This document shows, piece by piece, positions 38,875 through 51,639 of a stretch of DNA of 64,000 nucleotides (the stretch's first letter is position 1; each line of letters begins with the position of its first letter). Under the pieces are notes generated by a model, which was not told the origin of the DNA, searched no databases, and worked only from the letters and a program-made list of their open reading frames with translations. A program made the position numbers and the translations under genes. The DNA lies in contig NC_092379.1 of assembly GCF_030028105.1 (NCBI RefSeq), forward strand, positions 26,095,821 to 26,159,820. Direction: 5' to 3'. This DNA is from Mobula birostris (lineage: Eukaryota).

Positions 38875-41800
38875 TCTTCCTTCCTTCTTTCCTTGCTCCC
38901 TTAACTGCTGGTGGAGCCGTCTGGCGCCGGCATGACAAACTTTGCACCAGCCTTTTCCATCCATCTATCTGTCGCGGTTGTGTGCCACAGTCTGGGTCAC
39001 CGCAAATGCTTCCCTGCCCATTCCTAAATGTTGTCCGTCCATCTTTACCTCTGCCTACCTCCCCTTCTTTTCCCCTCCATAGTTCTTTGTAGAACGGTCT
39101 TTGGAAGGCCACTGGTTCTTGTTACGTGACCTTACTATCTCAGCTTTATATTCTTCACCGTTGTGAGAAGGACATCATAGGCGCCAATGTGGGGCTGGAT
39201 GTTCTTGCGGGTCTGCTTGTTTGTGATATGGTCCAAGTATGAGATGCCCAATATTTTGCGATAGCATCTCATTTCCAATGCCTGTGTCTTCCTCTGTAAC
39301 TCTGCTGTGAGGGTCCATGTTGCACATGCGTACAGGTAGATGGAGAATACTAATTCACACAGGAGTCTGATCTTATACTTCATTGTGATGTTATTGTCTC
39401 TCCATCTTGTCTTGAGTTTAGATAGTGCAGTCATTGCCTATGCGGTTCTTGTCAGGACGTCTGGTCTTGATCTTTCATCATTGTTTATTGCCCCCAAGTA
39501 TTTGAATTGCTGCACTGTCTCAAGTTTCTAACCATGGACTGAGATGTATGTTATGAAGGCACCGTTGGCATTTGGCATGTGCTTTGACTTATCGGCATTT
39601 ATTTCCATGCGAAACCTTATGCAGGCTCTGTGAAGATGGCTGATCAGGTTGGCCAGTTCGTCCTCTTTTCCTGCAAGTCCACCAATGTCGTCAGCAAATC
39701 TTAGGTTTGTGATAGTCCTCACCCCGATGCTGACTGTGTCCACATGATCTTCAAGGGCAACACGCATGATTCGTTCCAGGAAGACGTTGAAGAGAGTGGG
39801 GGAATAGAAGCAGCCCTGACGGACTCCTACAGAGGCACGGATCCATTTCCCGATGGTGTCCTGCGCGAATATTGCACTGGTTGCCTTGGTGTATTGCTGA
39901 TGGATTGTATGAATCAACTTCTGCCCCATGTTGGATTTCTTCATGGTGGCCCATAAGGTATCATGACAGACTCCGTCAAACGCCTTCATGAAATCTATGG
40001 AAACGTAGTAAATCAATTTCTCGTTTTGAAAGTGTTTCTCACAAATGTTGTGGAGGTTGAAAATCTGCTCAGTGGTGCTTCTGCCCTTAGGGAAGACTGA
40101 CTGTTCCTCGGCAATGATGTCTTCTGTCTGAGGGCCTCAGTCTGTTCAACATGATTCTGAGCATTACCTTGCTTACATGGCTGATCAAACTTATGGTACG
40201 GTAACTTCGGCAAAGTTGGAGATTGCCTTTGTTGGGAAGCACATGGATCAGCGACTGAGTCCAAGTTGTCGGTAGTTCAACTGTCTGACAGATCGTATTG
40301 CAGATGGTGGTAAGCATATGTATCGTGGTCTCTTCCCAATGCATCAGCAGTTCAGCCGGGATGTTGTTAACTCCTGCTGACTTCCTGCACTTCAGTGATC
40401 TTATTGCGGATTCAATTGCTTTACGCATGTTTAGATAGCCATCCTCATTGGAAGATTCCTGCACATTGAGCACGCTTGGATCCCTTTTGTTCTGGTAGTT
40501 GTACAGTTCTGAACAGTACTCTGTCCACCTTTCCATTATTTTCTGTCCTTCTGTGAGACTTTAGCAATTTTTGTCTTGGATGGTGTTCACTTTGGCTTGT
40601 TTTTTCTTTGGTAAGTTGGAAGGTCTTCTTTGTGTTGCTGTTGGAGATGCTGTCTTCAATGTCCGCACAATGCTGGGCTATCCACATTCGCTTTGCTTCC
40701 TTCATTTCCCTCCTGATTTCCTTGTTTATTTTCCTTTAATCTGTTCTTCCTTCAGTTATGTGTTTATCTTTCTTTGATGTCCTTCTTGTGTCACACATAT
40801 CCAGTATCTTGTTAATGACCCATGATTTAGACTTCTATCATCACTGTGTTAAAGTTATTTGTGGTGGTCTCCAGGTCTTCATCAAAGAGGAGTATTGGTG
40901 CAAACATTCACCCAATTGACCCCTGAAATTATTCAGAGCTCGCCGTGTCTTTCAGTTTTTTCTAGGTCTAATCTCTGCCGGCTGTTTTTTGGCTTGCTCA
41001 TTCTCCTCAGGCGCACTCTGATGTTCACCATGAAAAAGGTCATGGTCACTGCCCACGTGTTCTACTGGGAATATTCTGGTCTTCGGTCGGTTTACACCAG
41101 ATTTGTGTCGTCTATGCACCAAGATGTAGTTCATCTGGTGATGTTGACCACTAGGGCCATGCCAGGTCCATGTTCGGGACCATGTGCTCTCTCCAAGTGT
41201 GTTCGACAGCACCATGTTATTATAACTAGCAAATGCCAGTAGGCGTTGTCCTCTCTTATTGGAGGTGTCATTGCATTAGAGGCAGCTGAGAACCCCCACT
41301 CATCTTGTGCGTCTCTGCCCACCTTGATATTCCAGTCACCCTGAATGAACAACATTATGTCTTTGTCCACATTATCGATGACATCTTGTGGATTGTGATA
41401 GAATTCATCAATGGGTTCATCGTCGTAATCTGTTGTTGGGGCGTAGGCTTCTGCCTCTGTGATGTTGAATGGCTTCACCCGCAGGCGGATGGCCATGAGC
41501 CTGCTTGCCGCGGGTTGACATCCTATGACTGCGTTCTTGATGGATTTGTTGACTAGGAACCCTACGCCACTCCCATTTCTGTTTTCTTCTCCGGTATTAT
41601 AAAGTACATGTCCGCCGCAGTCTGCACTTGTCCAACGTTCTTCCATCTGGCTTCACAGAGCCGCAGAAGGTGCCAGTTGCACCTGTCGTCTCATGTGTAA
41701 GTTCCTTGAGTTTGCCTGCTTGGTTCAGCGTTGTTACATTCCATGTGGCGATTGTGATATTCTCTCTGCCACTGACCTTCTGTTCCGAATCACAAGTAGC

Positions 41801-42150
41801 AGTTTTATCGCGTCCGCCTTGGTGCGAGACGGATAGCGCGGTCATTGGTAACCCGCGCTGCGACCGATCCGGTATGAAGTTGCTTTTTGGTGTACTCACC
41901 ATGTGGCGTGTCTTGGGCATCTGAAACCTGGTGGCCCACAACCGAATTCCCCCAACTAGGTATCTCGCCTTGGTCGTGAACGCCTGGCCATTATAATTCA
42001 TCTAAGAACCTTTCCGCCCTAGCTGGTAATTTTATCCTGGAAGTCACTCGCCCAGTGGTGCCGTGTTAACACTACCCCCTCACGTGGTTTAGCCCACCAG
42101 CTGGAGCGGTTTACCGAGGGTATGGCGCTTGGAGCCAACGTGTGTGAGAT
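38875..42150 (-). mobile_element. RTE-clade LINE, near full length, frameshifted
   Basis: APE ITIATWNVTTLNQAGKLKELTHE, AYAPTTDYDDEPIDEFY, IQGDWNIKVG; RT NYRTISLISHVSKVML, IDFMKAFDGV, GVRQGC..SPTLFNVFLE, ITNLRFADDI; YACATWTLTAELQRK..ALEMRCYR; (GGAA)-rich tail near 38875-38895. Confidence 0.92.
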
Positions 42151-42649
42151 AGGAGATGGATGAGGACCACTGATGCCCGCTCCCCCCCCCGTCTAGTAGG
42201 TAGCAGCATGAAAAACATCAAAGGTACTTCTTCTATCCAGAGCCACATATACCACCACACCACAGTTAACAAGTTTAAACAAATATTATTAAAATGCTTT
42301 AATGAACAAATATAAAACATATGATTTAAAATGAATGGGAGTAATGTAAATAAATGATACTTGGAATCGGATTAGCTAGGAGAAAACTATGTTGAAAAAA
42401 ATGTGCTAGGTTTTCTAAAATTGACTCATTCTACCTTAGGCCACGAACTTATCAATCACCCCTGATAACTAAGAGGGGTAGGCGAAATAAGGTGCAGCGG
42501 CAGAATAAACCCGTCCGGTCTGCTTTCATTTTTTTTTTATTATTATTTATTTTTGTTTTATGAAAGTATCGTTATGAAATAATCGTTGAAAATTAGGCTT
42601 TTTGGTTTGTTTGTACTTACCAAAATAAACTGTTATTCATTCATTCATT

Positions 42650-44330
42650 CAAACTGGAAAGGGTTCCGATGACGTTGACGAAAATCATTCCAGGTTTGAA
42701 AGGCTTGCCATGTAAGGAGCGTTTAATGATTCTGTGTGCATAGTCAAGGGAAGTCCAAAGGACGAGGGATGATCACGTTAAAATCTACCCAATGGTGAAA
42801 GCCTACATAGAGCGGGTATAGATGTGATGCTTCCATTGATGGGACAATCTAAGACCAGAAGACACCAACTCAGAAAAAAAGGCGTCCTTTTCGAAATAAG
42901 ATGAAGAGGAACTTCTTTCGGCAGAGAGCAATGACTCTCGGCAAATCTTAGCCATACATGGGTGTCGCGGGCAAGACGTTATGCACATTTAAGGCAAGCA
43001 TTTATGTATAATAGATAAGTCAGGATTTGAGGGGAAATGGGCAGAAGACAGAAGACTGGGGCTGAGAAGAAATTTGAACCTGCCATTAGGAAATGGGACA
43101 CCGGACTCGATGGGTCCAATATCTTAATTCTAATTCTATATATCAATAGCAGAACAGTGTAGATGTTCTAACAGTAAACCATATTCTTCAAATAAAGGAC
43201 ACAATATCAACCCGATGCACCGGAAATAAAGAGAGACCAGGTACTTAATAGGGCAGGGCCTCAAGGTAAGTGAGGACTTGAAGCAATTAGTTGAGGCTGG
43301 TTGTTGCTCTGCTTGAGCAACTGGCTGTGGTTAAGAGCTGGTTTTAAATACGCAGTAGGTATTATGTTGGATACTATTGCCAGTTCACTCCTCTTCGCTA
43401 TTCCGAAATTGAAAGCTCCCTGGTATTGCTGCACAGACAAGAAAGACATATCGATTTTAGTTTTGGTAAGCGGGATGTGATGCATTTCAGTGAGATATAT
43501 CAGGTGGTAGGTTGAACTCATAGAACAGTGAGTTTTGGGGAGAAGTGCGTGTTTGCTTCGATGTCGCGATAGATGTGAATAGAATGAAAAGTAGCTATAC
43601 GTCTTGCTTGCCATCAGCGAATTCGATACTGAGATCTGGATATGGTACTACTTTTAAAACTGCGCGGCGGAACCAACAGTAATTCCGGCAGTTCCCGTCA
43701 CCGCAGATGAGATGGAGGCAATTGCGTGCGGAGGATACAGGAGAGACTTGCAAAGATGTTCAAAGTCTGCCTTATGAGAATAGACTGGATGGGATCAGTT
43801 GAAAATTATAGGTGGGTGGACGTTTGGAAATTCAAACAAACGCAAGCGCAAATAGTTTTAATCTTTCAGTGTGAGCTTTGTTTCAATGCATGAGGAGTAT
43901 GCGGTGTGCATGGATTATGAAAAAGTTTGAGAGCGTTCAAAAATGTATCCTTATTCTCAAAGAAATGCATCGAGTGAAACTTGGCTATGTGGTTTCAGAA
44001 ATGGCTTCCCTACATGAGTCTGGGCCTGATAATAAAATGAAATTATTGGACAAATACCGAAATGAGAAAGAAACTCTAATATGTGGGCGTCCTTTTAGAA
44101 CTGATATGAGGATGGATTTCTTTGCCCCGAGAGTGGGGAACCTGTGAAATTCTTTGCAACAGATAGCTGCTTAGGCCAAAACTGTACCTGTATTTAGTAC
44201 GGAGATTAATGGTTCCTTGATTGGTTCGGGTAAAGGGGATACGGGGAGAAGAACGGTGGATGGGAATGAGAAGAGAAATCGATCAGTCATCATGAAATAG
44301 CGGCCCAAGCTCTGTGGACCAAAATGGTGT
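42650..44330 (+). mobile_element. Several old CR1 3' fragments
   Basis: Repeated CR1 3'-end remnants (gactcgatgggtccaat; FSFGKRDVMHF resembling FNxxKCEVMHF; ggatttctttgccccgagagtgg). Confidence 0.65.
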
Positions 44331-44339
44331 ACATGTCCT

Positions 44340-44700
44340 CCTTTGTTGTTTCACCTCTTCGTCGATATTCACCATATGCAGTGTTTCGGATACTGTGTGT
44401 GCAACATCGGCGAGACTCGACGTACTTTGTGGGGTCACGTTATCGTACAAATTCGTTTTGCCGCAACAGGGAGAAGTTCCATGTATCCCAACCATTTTAA
44501 GTTAATTAGCAAATCCCTTCCAACATGGCGTTCATGCCATCTTATTCTGATATCCTGAGGCAACATCCCACAGTCGGTTTGGGTAGCGTCTAACATGATG
44601 GCATGAACACGGATTTCTCCAATGTTCCGTAATTTGTTCCAGGTTCCGTTTACTCCAAATCTATTTCCCAATTGAGGCTCCCATTTACAGCCCTTGTCCT
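44340..44700 (+). mobile_element. Penelope-like element relic (GIY-YIG endonuclease end)
   Basis: ORF 44343-44558 HHMQCFGYCVCNIGETRRTL..; downstream GSV*HDGMNTDFSNVP resembles the LGxLQPxGMNxDFSxF end of fish Penelope ORFs. Confidence 0.7.
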
Positions 44701-44739
44701 CTCTTCACTTGCTTATCACGCTAATCTATGTGGGTGAAC

Positions 44740-45170
44740 ATAGATGTACACTCTATATTAAAAGCCCACAACGCTGACTTCACGTCAGTAACATCAGTTG
44801 ACATCAGAAGGAATCTAACAGATATCATTCTCTCAGTTCTGAGACCTGGCAAGAACACATCTCATGTCATGTAGTCAGGGTGTGTGCACACCTGCTCACT
44901 GATATCTTTACGGAATTCTTCAAAAATTCACATTCAGATTTCCGATCATCTGCCATCGCCCCAGTAACAAATCGGTAAAAAAAAAAAAAAAAAAAAAATT
45001 GAAATTAAACGACGAAACAGCTTCAGCCAGATAGCATTGACTCCAGACGCCCTGAATTGCATTGCCCACACTGGACACTAACCATCTTGATCATCTAGAA
45101 ACCTGGTGTGAAAAAATGGCTGGTGCGATGTGTTCCACTTCAACAACCAGGTTCATCTTACACTGTGAAT
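44740..45170 (+). mobile_element. Old Rex-like RT fragment
   Basis: gtgtgcacacctgctcactgatatctttac (CAxQLxxVFTDIF-like) and gccctgaattgc..cacctggac remnants. Confidence 0.45.
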
Positions 45171-45407
45171 TGTCGGAAACAGAGGAATGTGGTTGGAAAA
45201 AAAAATATAGGAATCTGAGCTCATAGGTTCCGAGTTCTTGAAATTTGTATCACAGGTAGATTGGGACTTAAAGGAAGCTTTTGGCACATTAGCTTTGAAG
45301 AAACATATTATATGGTACAGGAGCGGAGTGGTAGGTTAACGTTGTATAAGTGGTTGGTGAGGACTAATTTGGTGAATTTTCTGCAGTTCTGGTCCGCAGA
45401 GAATTAG

Positions 45408-48180
45408 AAATGGCGGCGGCGCGTAAGCATGTGGAGGCTCAGTGTTTTACCAGATTTCCAAAAAATAGTGTTTATTATCTGCTTGTTTCCTGCGTGTTCT
45501 CTCGATTCGGCTATGCGAACTACACTTACAACAAACAGTCACGATTGAACATTAACTATCGATGCACTAACACAGTTTTGGACTATCCATTCAACTTCGA
45601 CCAGCTACCTCCGGCGTTAGTAAGGACACGGCGGACCTGCATTCAACTTGCTCCGACGGAAAGGGCCCGGCGCCGGCTTCGAGACCGTAAACAAAGTTGC
45701 GGGAAGCGTTCAGGTCTGCGTGCTAGCCTGAGGCTAAATCCACACCGGGCAGCGCTACCTATCATCTTCCTCGCTAATGCTCGGTCTCTGACGAAGAAGC
45801 CGGACGATCTACGGGCTTTGACCCTCACACAAAGAAGGCTGATGGACTGCAACATCCTGTTTGCATTTTTTTTTTTCGGATAAATGGCTAAATAATAATA
45901 TCCAAAACTACGTGGTGGAACTGGAAGGGCGCTCGGTCTTCAGGGCAGACAGAGCTGCAACAGCGACAAGTAAAAGTAAGGAGCTGGCTTATGCAGCTAC
46001 GTGAATCGATCATGGTGTACTAACTCTACCATTGCTGATACTTACTGCTTTGCTGATCTGGAATACGTGATTATTAAGTGCAGACCTTTTTACAACCTCG
46101 AGAGTTTACATGCATCATTTCGGTCGGAGTTTATGTTGCACTGGATGCTAATACTAAAGTAGCCATGTAAGATCGCAGTACTGCAATTAACAAGCTGCAG
46201 ACATTGCATCCGAACTGAGTTTTATTGTCGCTGGGGACTTTAATCGTTCTAACCTAAGTGCAGTGCTTACAAGATTTTACCAAAATGTATTATGTGCTAC
46301 CGGGGTAATGAAACCTTAGATCCTGTCTACTCAAATGTGGCCAACGCTTATAAACCCAAGACCCTCACCCACCTGGACAGTCCGATTATCTTTCATTGTT
46401 TCTGCTTCAGAAGTATAGCCCAGTCATTAAACGTGTGAAACCTAAAATTATGTCTATTAAGATCTGGCTGGAGGGTCCTGACTCTGCTCTTCAGTAGCAA
46501 TTCCAACACACAGTCTGGAGCGCGGTTGCTGCTCATGCCACCACAGGCTCTCAGGTTATCATGGTAACATGGATTTATCTACCAACTCAGTCCAGAAGCA
46601 CATCAACAAGTGTGTAAATAGACTGACATCAAAAAAAAAAGAAATATACGTTTTCCCCAATCAGAAATCGTGGATGAACAGAGAAGTTCGCCTCCTGCTC
46701 AAAGCCAGAGATTCAGCCTTGATGTCTGGAGACTGTAAGGCTTACAGCTCAACCAGGGCCAACCTAGGATGAGAATCTCTCAGACTAAACCATGCTCAGT
46801 TAACAAAACCATGCTCTTTGCTTCTGATTAATATAAGGATTTTAAACCACGCTCACGCTAAACACATATGCAAACAAAGAATCGAGGAGCATTTTAACTC
46901 CTCGGACCCCTGGCTCATGTGGCATGGCACACAGGTCATTACAGACTTCAAACCACCAAGTACTGTTACTGTTCGTTCAATTACTTCTACGCTCGCTTTG
47001 ACGGAGAGAACAAGGAGGTCACCCTCAAAGCGGATCTCCCACCCGGTGAACTGCCTCTCTCACTTTCCACCTCCGATGTTTGAACACCCTGAGCAGGATG
47101 AATGTACGAACGACAGCTGGTCCGGATGGAATACCTGGTCTTGTGCTCAGAGTCTGTGCAGAGCACTTGTCCGGGGTCTTCACGGACATTTGAAACCTTT
47201 CCCTGAGAAAGGCAGTTGTCCCTACAAGTTTCAAGATCGCCAATATCGTGCCAGTGCCGGAGAATTCCACTGCCACGGGACTGAGTGACTTCCGTCCAGT
47301 TGCACGCACCTCGATCATTGCAAACTGCTATGAGAGACTGGTCCTATCACCTCTGAAATCCTGTCTGTCCTCTATCCTGGACCACCATAAATTTGTCTAT
47401 CGTACCAACAGGTCAACAGAGGATGCCATCTCCATGGCACTTCGCTGTGTCCTGACCCAACTGGAAAGCCCAAACTCTTATATCCGAATGTTGTTCATTG
47501 ACTTTAGTTCGGCACTCAGTATTGTGATCCCCTCCAAGTTGATCACCAAACTTCGCCAGCTTGGTATCAGCTTATCCCTCTGCAATTGGACCTTGTATTT
47601 TCTGACTAACAGATGCCAATCAGTTAAGTTAGAAAACCTGCCCGATACTGATAGACTTTTACCGCTATACCATTGAGAGCACAGTCACCAACTGCAAATC
47701 AGTGTTGTATGACCATTATCCCGTATCAGACAACAAAACACTCTAGCACGTGGTCAAAACTGTCCAGCGGATTATCGGTATCCAATTGCCCACGATTGAG
47801 AACATCTACCATAAACGCTGGCTGGTCAGGCCGAAAAGCGTTATCAAGGGATCATCTCACCCTAAGCATGGAGTTTTTACTCTCCTCCCATCCGGTAGGC
47901 GCTACAGGAGCTTCCGCTCCCTCACCAACAGGCATAGGAAGAGGTTCTTCCCTGAGGCTGTGACTCTGCTGATGCGCTCAGCACAGCGCTAAGTAGTATT
48001 GTATGCATATTGTACTGTCTGATTACTTTTATATTTGTGTGCTGCAGCAATTTTTAGTTCACAGTTATTTTGTAAATCGCACTATTCTTTGCATTTCTGG
48101 TCAGATTCTAACTACATTACATTGGCTTTGGATCTGTACTCGGCACGATGATAATGAAGTTGAATCTAATCTAATCTATC
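45408..48180 (+). mobile_element. Rex1/Babar-like LINE, near full length, same family as 16457-19599
   Basis: Starts AAATGGCGGC; LRLNPHRAALPIIFLANARSL; MNREVRLLLKARD; CYERLVL...NRSTEDAIS; HPKHGVFTLLPSGRRYRS; tail GTTGAATCTAATCTAATCT. Inserted in a CR1 3' fragment (45170-45407 continues at 48190-48350). Confidence 0.9.
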
Positions 48181-49149
48181 AGCTGAAATGGTGTAAGTAA
48201 GTTTGAAATGGTGCAAAAAACATTTGTAAGAAAGTTTCCCGGTCTGCCAGACCTGAGTTATGAGGGAAGGTTGAATAAGTTCGGACGTTATTACTCAGAA
48301 CTTAGATATTTGAGAGGGTATTTGACAGATGTATACAAATTTATGACGATAATGTCGTGCAAACTCTAGCTAAATATACCAGTGATTTCAGGTTTCGTTT
48401 TAAGAGTTTACATACATGATATTATGGAGAGTCTGCAGCAGTCTCCACCACCACCAGAGCTCTGATTTTTAGGATATACAGAGCGCATAATCATACAGCA
48501 AGATAAACAAATTCACATAACTTTTTTTTTGGCATCCACGGTCAGTACATGATCAATCGTTTAACAGACACTTGAATTATCTCTCAGCGTGAGTCTAACA
48601 GTTCTTCCTGATTCCTGTTATCGGGACTCATAATATACCCCCAGAAGCATCCCCCCTCATGGTTCCAGAGGCCTAGGTTTTTTTTTTTTTTTTGTTCTGT
48701 TTTTGTTTTGAGTTTCTGGTACTGCGGCTATAATCTAAGGTTATTCTCAACATGCATTAACAGTCGTAAGCCCAGCTTCTCCAGGATTGTCAAGTATCCC
48801 CATCTGGCTTATATTCACTTAGTTTCGGTGGGAATATAACCAGAAGTCATGTGGTAAGGGTGAAACGTCAAACGTTTCAAAGCAACATATGAGAAAAGCA
48901 CTTCAGTAAGAAGTTGTGAGATTATGTGATGAACTGCCAGCATACATGGTGCAAGTAAACTGGATTTCAAAGCTAATTAAAGTATGGTTAATTAAATGGG
49001 TTCTGCCGTATGGAGGGCTGTGGTCCGGGTGCAGGTCAAAACGATGAATTTGTTTATGACTCTATGACATTATACGGTTTAAAATTCCAAAACCCTGTGA
49101 CATATGCCATTATACCTAACATGCACCTGGCCACATCACGTTTTTAAAA

Positions 49150-50110
49150 GAGGGACATTTGTGTCAGAACTTCGTTTCTAGATTTCAGTTCAGTATTCAA
49201 CACTATTGTCTCACAGACCTTTGCCAAAAGACCCCTACTGCTCGTTCTAAATTTACTACTGCAAAATTGTACAACACAGCCCTAGACTTCCTAATCAACA
49301 AACTACAGATGGTCTGGATGCACAACGTTTCGCCATCTCCAGCATCTTTACTCGATTTCCACGAGAATCATGTGCTGACTCCACTGTTGTACGCTTGGTT
49401 CACAAACCACAACACGGTCAATGTCCTGCACAAAAAAACATAAAAATATATATATTGTCAAATCTGTCAAAGGCACGGAACTGGTGAGACTCAGCACCAA
49501 TCATCATGAGACGGCCTATAGAGACGAGGTCCGAGAGTCTGCAACTGGGAACCATGTCTCATCAAATGTCTTCATAAAAGTTAACAAAACAAAGGAGATG
49601 GAGATTGACTTTTGGGCAACACGGGATACTCACACCCCTCACACCATTGTGTGCATTACCACTGCAGCAGTGGAAAATGTCAGCAGTTTAAGTGGCTGGG
49701 GCGACTATATATATATATATATATATTTTTTTTTTTTTTCCTGAGGGACGGCAGAGAGCTGGATTATGCATATCTATACTCACATTTATCTACCGATGCT
49801 TATGCGGATAATAATATAACTTGCCGCAACACTGTCTGGCCCAGAAGCAACTCTGCAGCGGACAAGGCGGCTCAATAGCGGTTAATCAAAACTTTCCAAT
49901 CATAACCAGCTCTAGCCTACACGCCAACAAGGACATAGATACATAATAATGCCAGAAGACCACCAATGATATCATAAAGGAAACCACTCACACAGCTCGT
50001 GAACCATTTGAGACACACCCAGCAGGATGGAGGCCACATTGCTTCCAGGTCGGCATCGCCAGCGTCCAAAATACTTACCTTCGCCATGGTAAATGAGGTT
50101 GGAGAACCGA
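49150..50110 (+). mobile_element. Old Rex-like RT/3' fragment interrupted by microsatellites
   Basis: gatttcagttcagtattcaacac (DFSSAFN), aacaaaacaaaggagatggagattgactt (NKTKE..IDF), LPSGR-like tail. Confidence 0.6.
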
Positions 50111-50127
50111 GTTGGAGCTCAGTTAGG

Positions 50128-50160
<33 letters not shown>

Positions 50161-50514
50161 TACACACACATACACACAAACATACATACGTACATATATA
50201 TATCAGATTTGTCTCTATGAGCATACATTCCCAACAACACTCACACGAACACTGCCGAGTGATTGCGATTTGAATTTTAGCGTTAATATTTGACATGTTA
50301 ACGTATATTTCACAAATTAAATGAGATAGCAGAGGCTCTAGATCTCACTGCGATATTGGAAAGAGCAGTGCGGTTACAGCATTGATGTGTCTTCACAGAC
50401 AAAGGCAAGGGAACCTTCAACAGGTACTCTTAGTGGCGGCAAACCACGTTCAGAAAAGGAATGTACAAATATATCTAGCGGCAAAGATCAAAGCATGGAT
50501 TCTACAGTAAGTGA

Positions 50515-50553
50515 TTTCTTTGTACCAGCATTACACTAGAATGCATCACTGTG
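50515..50553 (-). promoter_or_regulatory. RAG recombination signal sequence (23-RSS)
   Basis: Minus strand CACAGTG (50553-50547, perfect heptamer) + 23-nt spacer ATGCATTCTAGTGTAATGCTGGT + ACAAAGAAA (50523-50515; consensus ACAAAAACC), directly after the V exon. Confidence 0.93.
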
Positions 50554-51000
50554 TGCCTTAGGGCACAGTAATAAATTGCAGAGTCGCTCATTTGCAGCTT
50601 TGAGATGGTGACACTGCATAATTGTCTTCCCTTGTCCAGAGAGATTGCGAAGCGGCTTTTGGCAAATTCGGCTTTTTCTTCATATCCCGCAGAACCTTTG
50701 TACAGTATGTACTCGAGACTTTGTTCTGGCCCTTGTCGGTACCACTATAAATAATAGCTGCCCAACCCAGTCTGATAGGTGCAGTGGAAAGTAAAAGCCT
50801 CTTCTTCAGTCTTCACTTCTGCTGACATTATCTGAGTGACAGAGTTTGCATGACTTGTATCTGACAAATAGTATAAAAACAAGATATGTTACATTAACAT
50901 TTTTTTTCAGAATTCAGTTTCGAGAAGACTTTTAAATTGTTGCTGTGTACAAACCAGTTAACCAAGTTCCGCACATAATCCAGATGACGAATCTCCACAT
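50554..51000 (-). pseudogene. TRAV: T-cell receptor alpha/delta-type variable (V) gene segment: leader exon 50955-51000, intron 50861-50954, V exon 50554-50860; single in-frame stop at 50745-50747
   Basis: Hand translation of the minus strand gives a 46-nt phase-1 leader exon MWRFVIWIMCGTWLT(G|), donor GTTTGT, and polypyrimidine tract plus TTTGTCAG acceptor. The V exon reads (D)TSHA-NSVTQIMSAEVKTEEEAFTFHCTYQTGLGSYYL*WYRQGPEQSLEYILYKGSAGYEEKAEFAKSRFAISLDKGRQLCSVTISKLQMSDSAIYYCALR. It has the V-set Cys23, Trp41 and DSAIYYC motifs, ends in CALR and is followed directly by an RSS. The symbol is family-level only (V alpha/V delta are shared). Confidence 0.93.
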
Positions 51001-51639
51001 TATTTTTATGAAAAATGGGCTGAATGTTTTTCACCTCAACTAATTCTCGCCAGGATTCAGGACTTTCCAATTGTACTGCTTAAGTGCTATAATAGGCAGG
51101 AAATGAAAAGCGACCAATGGGAACGCGGAGTCTTGATGCACTCTCCACCTATTGCCCCAAATGCGACAGGCCTATGTATCTCAAGGAAAAGACGGAGACT
51201 GTTTTCTGACGACATAAGCCTACAACTCGCGAAAATGTTTTTTTTTTTTTTTTTTTTTTTTTTTTTCCCCGCGGATCAGTCGATACAGCCAAAGAGATAC
51301 AGTATGCGTTGAAAATACTAAAAGAGAGCTTCTTGCCGACTTTTGGCAAAGCACTGATGACAACAAGGGCAAATTGCAGACGGAGGTTGGCTCCTCAGAC
51401 ATATATTATAGAGCACACATCACGGAATTTTTCATAGACACAAACAATACCGAAAGAAATTGACCACGTCACTGAGGAACTGCAGTTCTGTACGATGGAG
51501 ATATTGTCCTTATAATAGTGTATAATTAGCTTTGCTTCTCGGTTTCTGTCCTTTCGCACCTGACATTGTTGCTTCATTCTCTGCGCATCGGTGTCTGTAT
51601 CTGTATGTCTGTCTCTGTTAGAGCTTACGCTCACGCGCG

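Noticed and set aside
43261-43614. 117-aa minus-strand ORF
   Set aside because: Antisense to a decayed CR1 RT fragment.
50741-50755. TATAAATA box on the plus strand
   Set aside because: It is the antisense of the V CDR1/FR2 codons (TAT TTA TAG).
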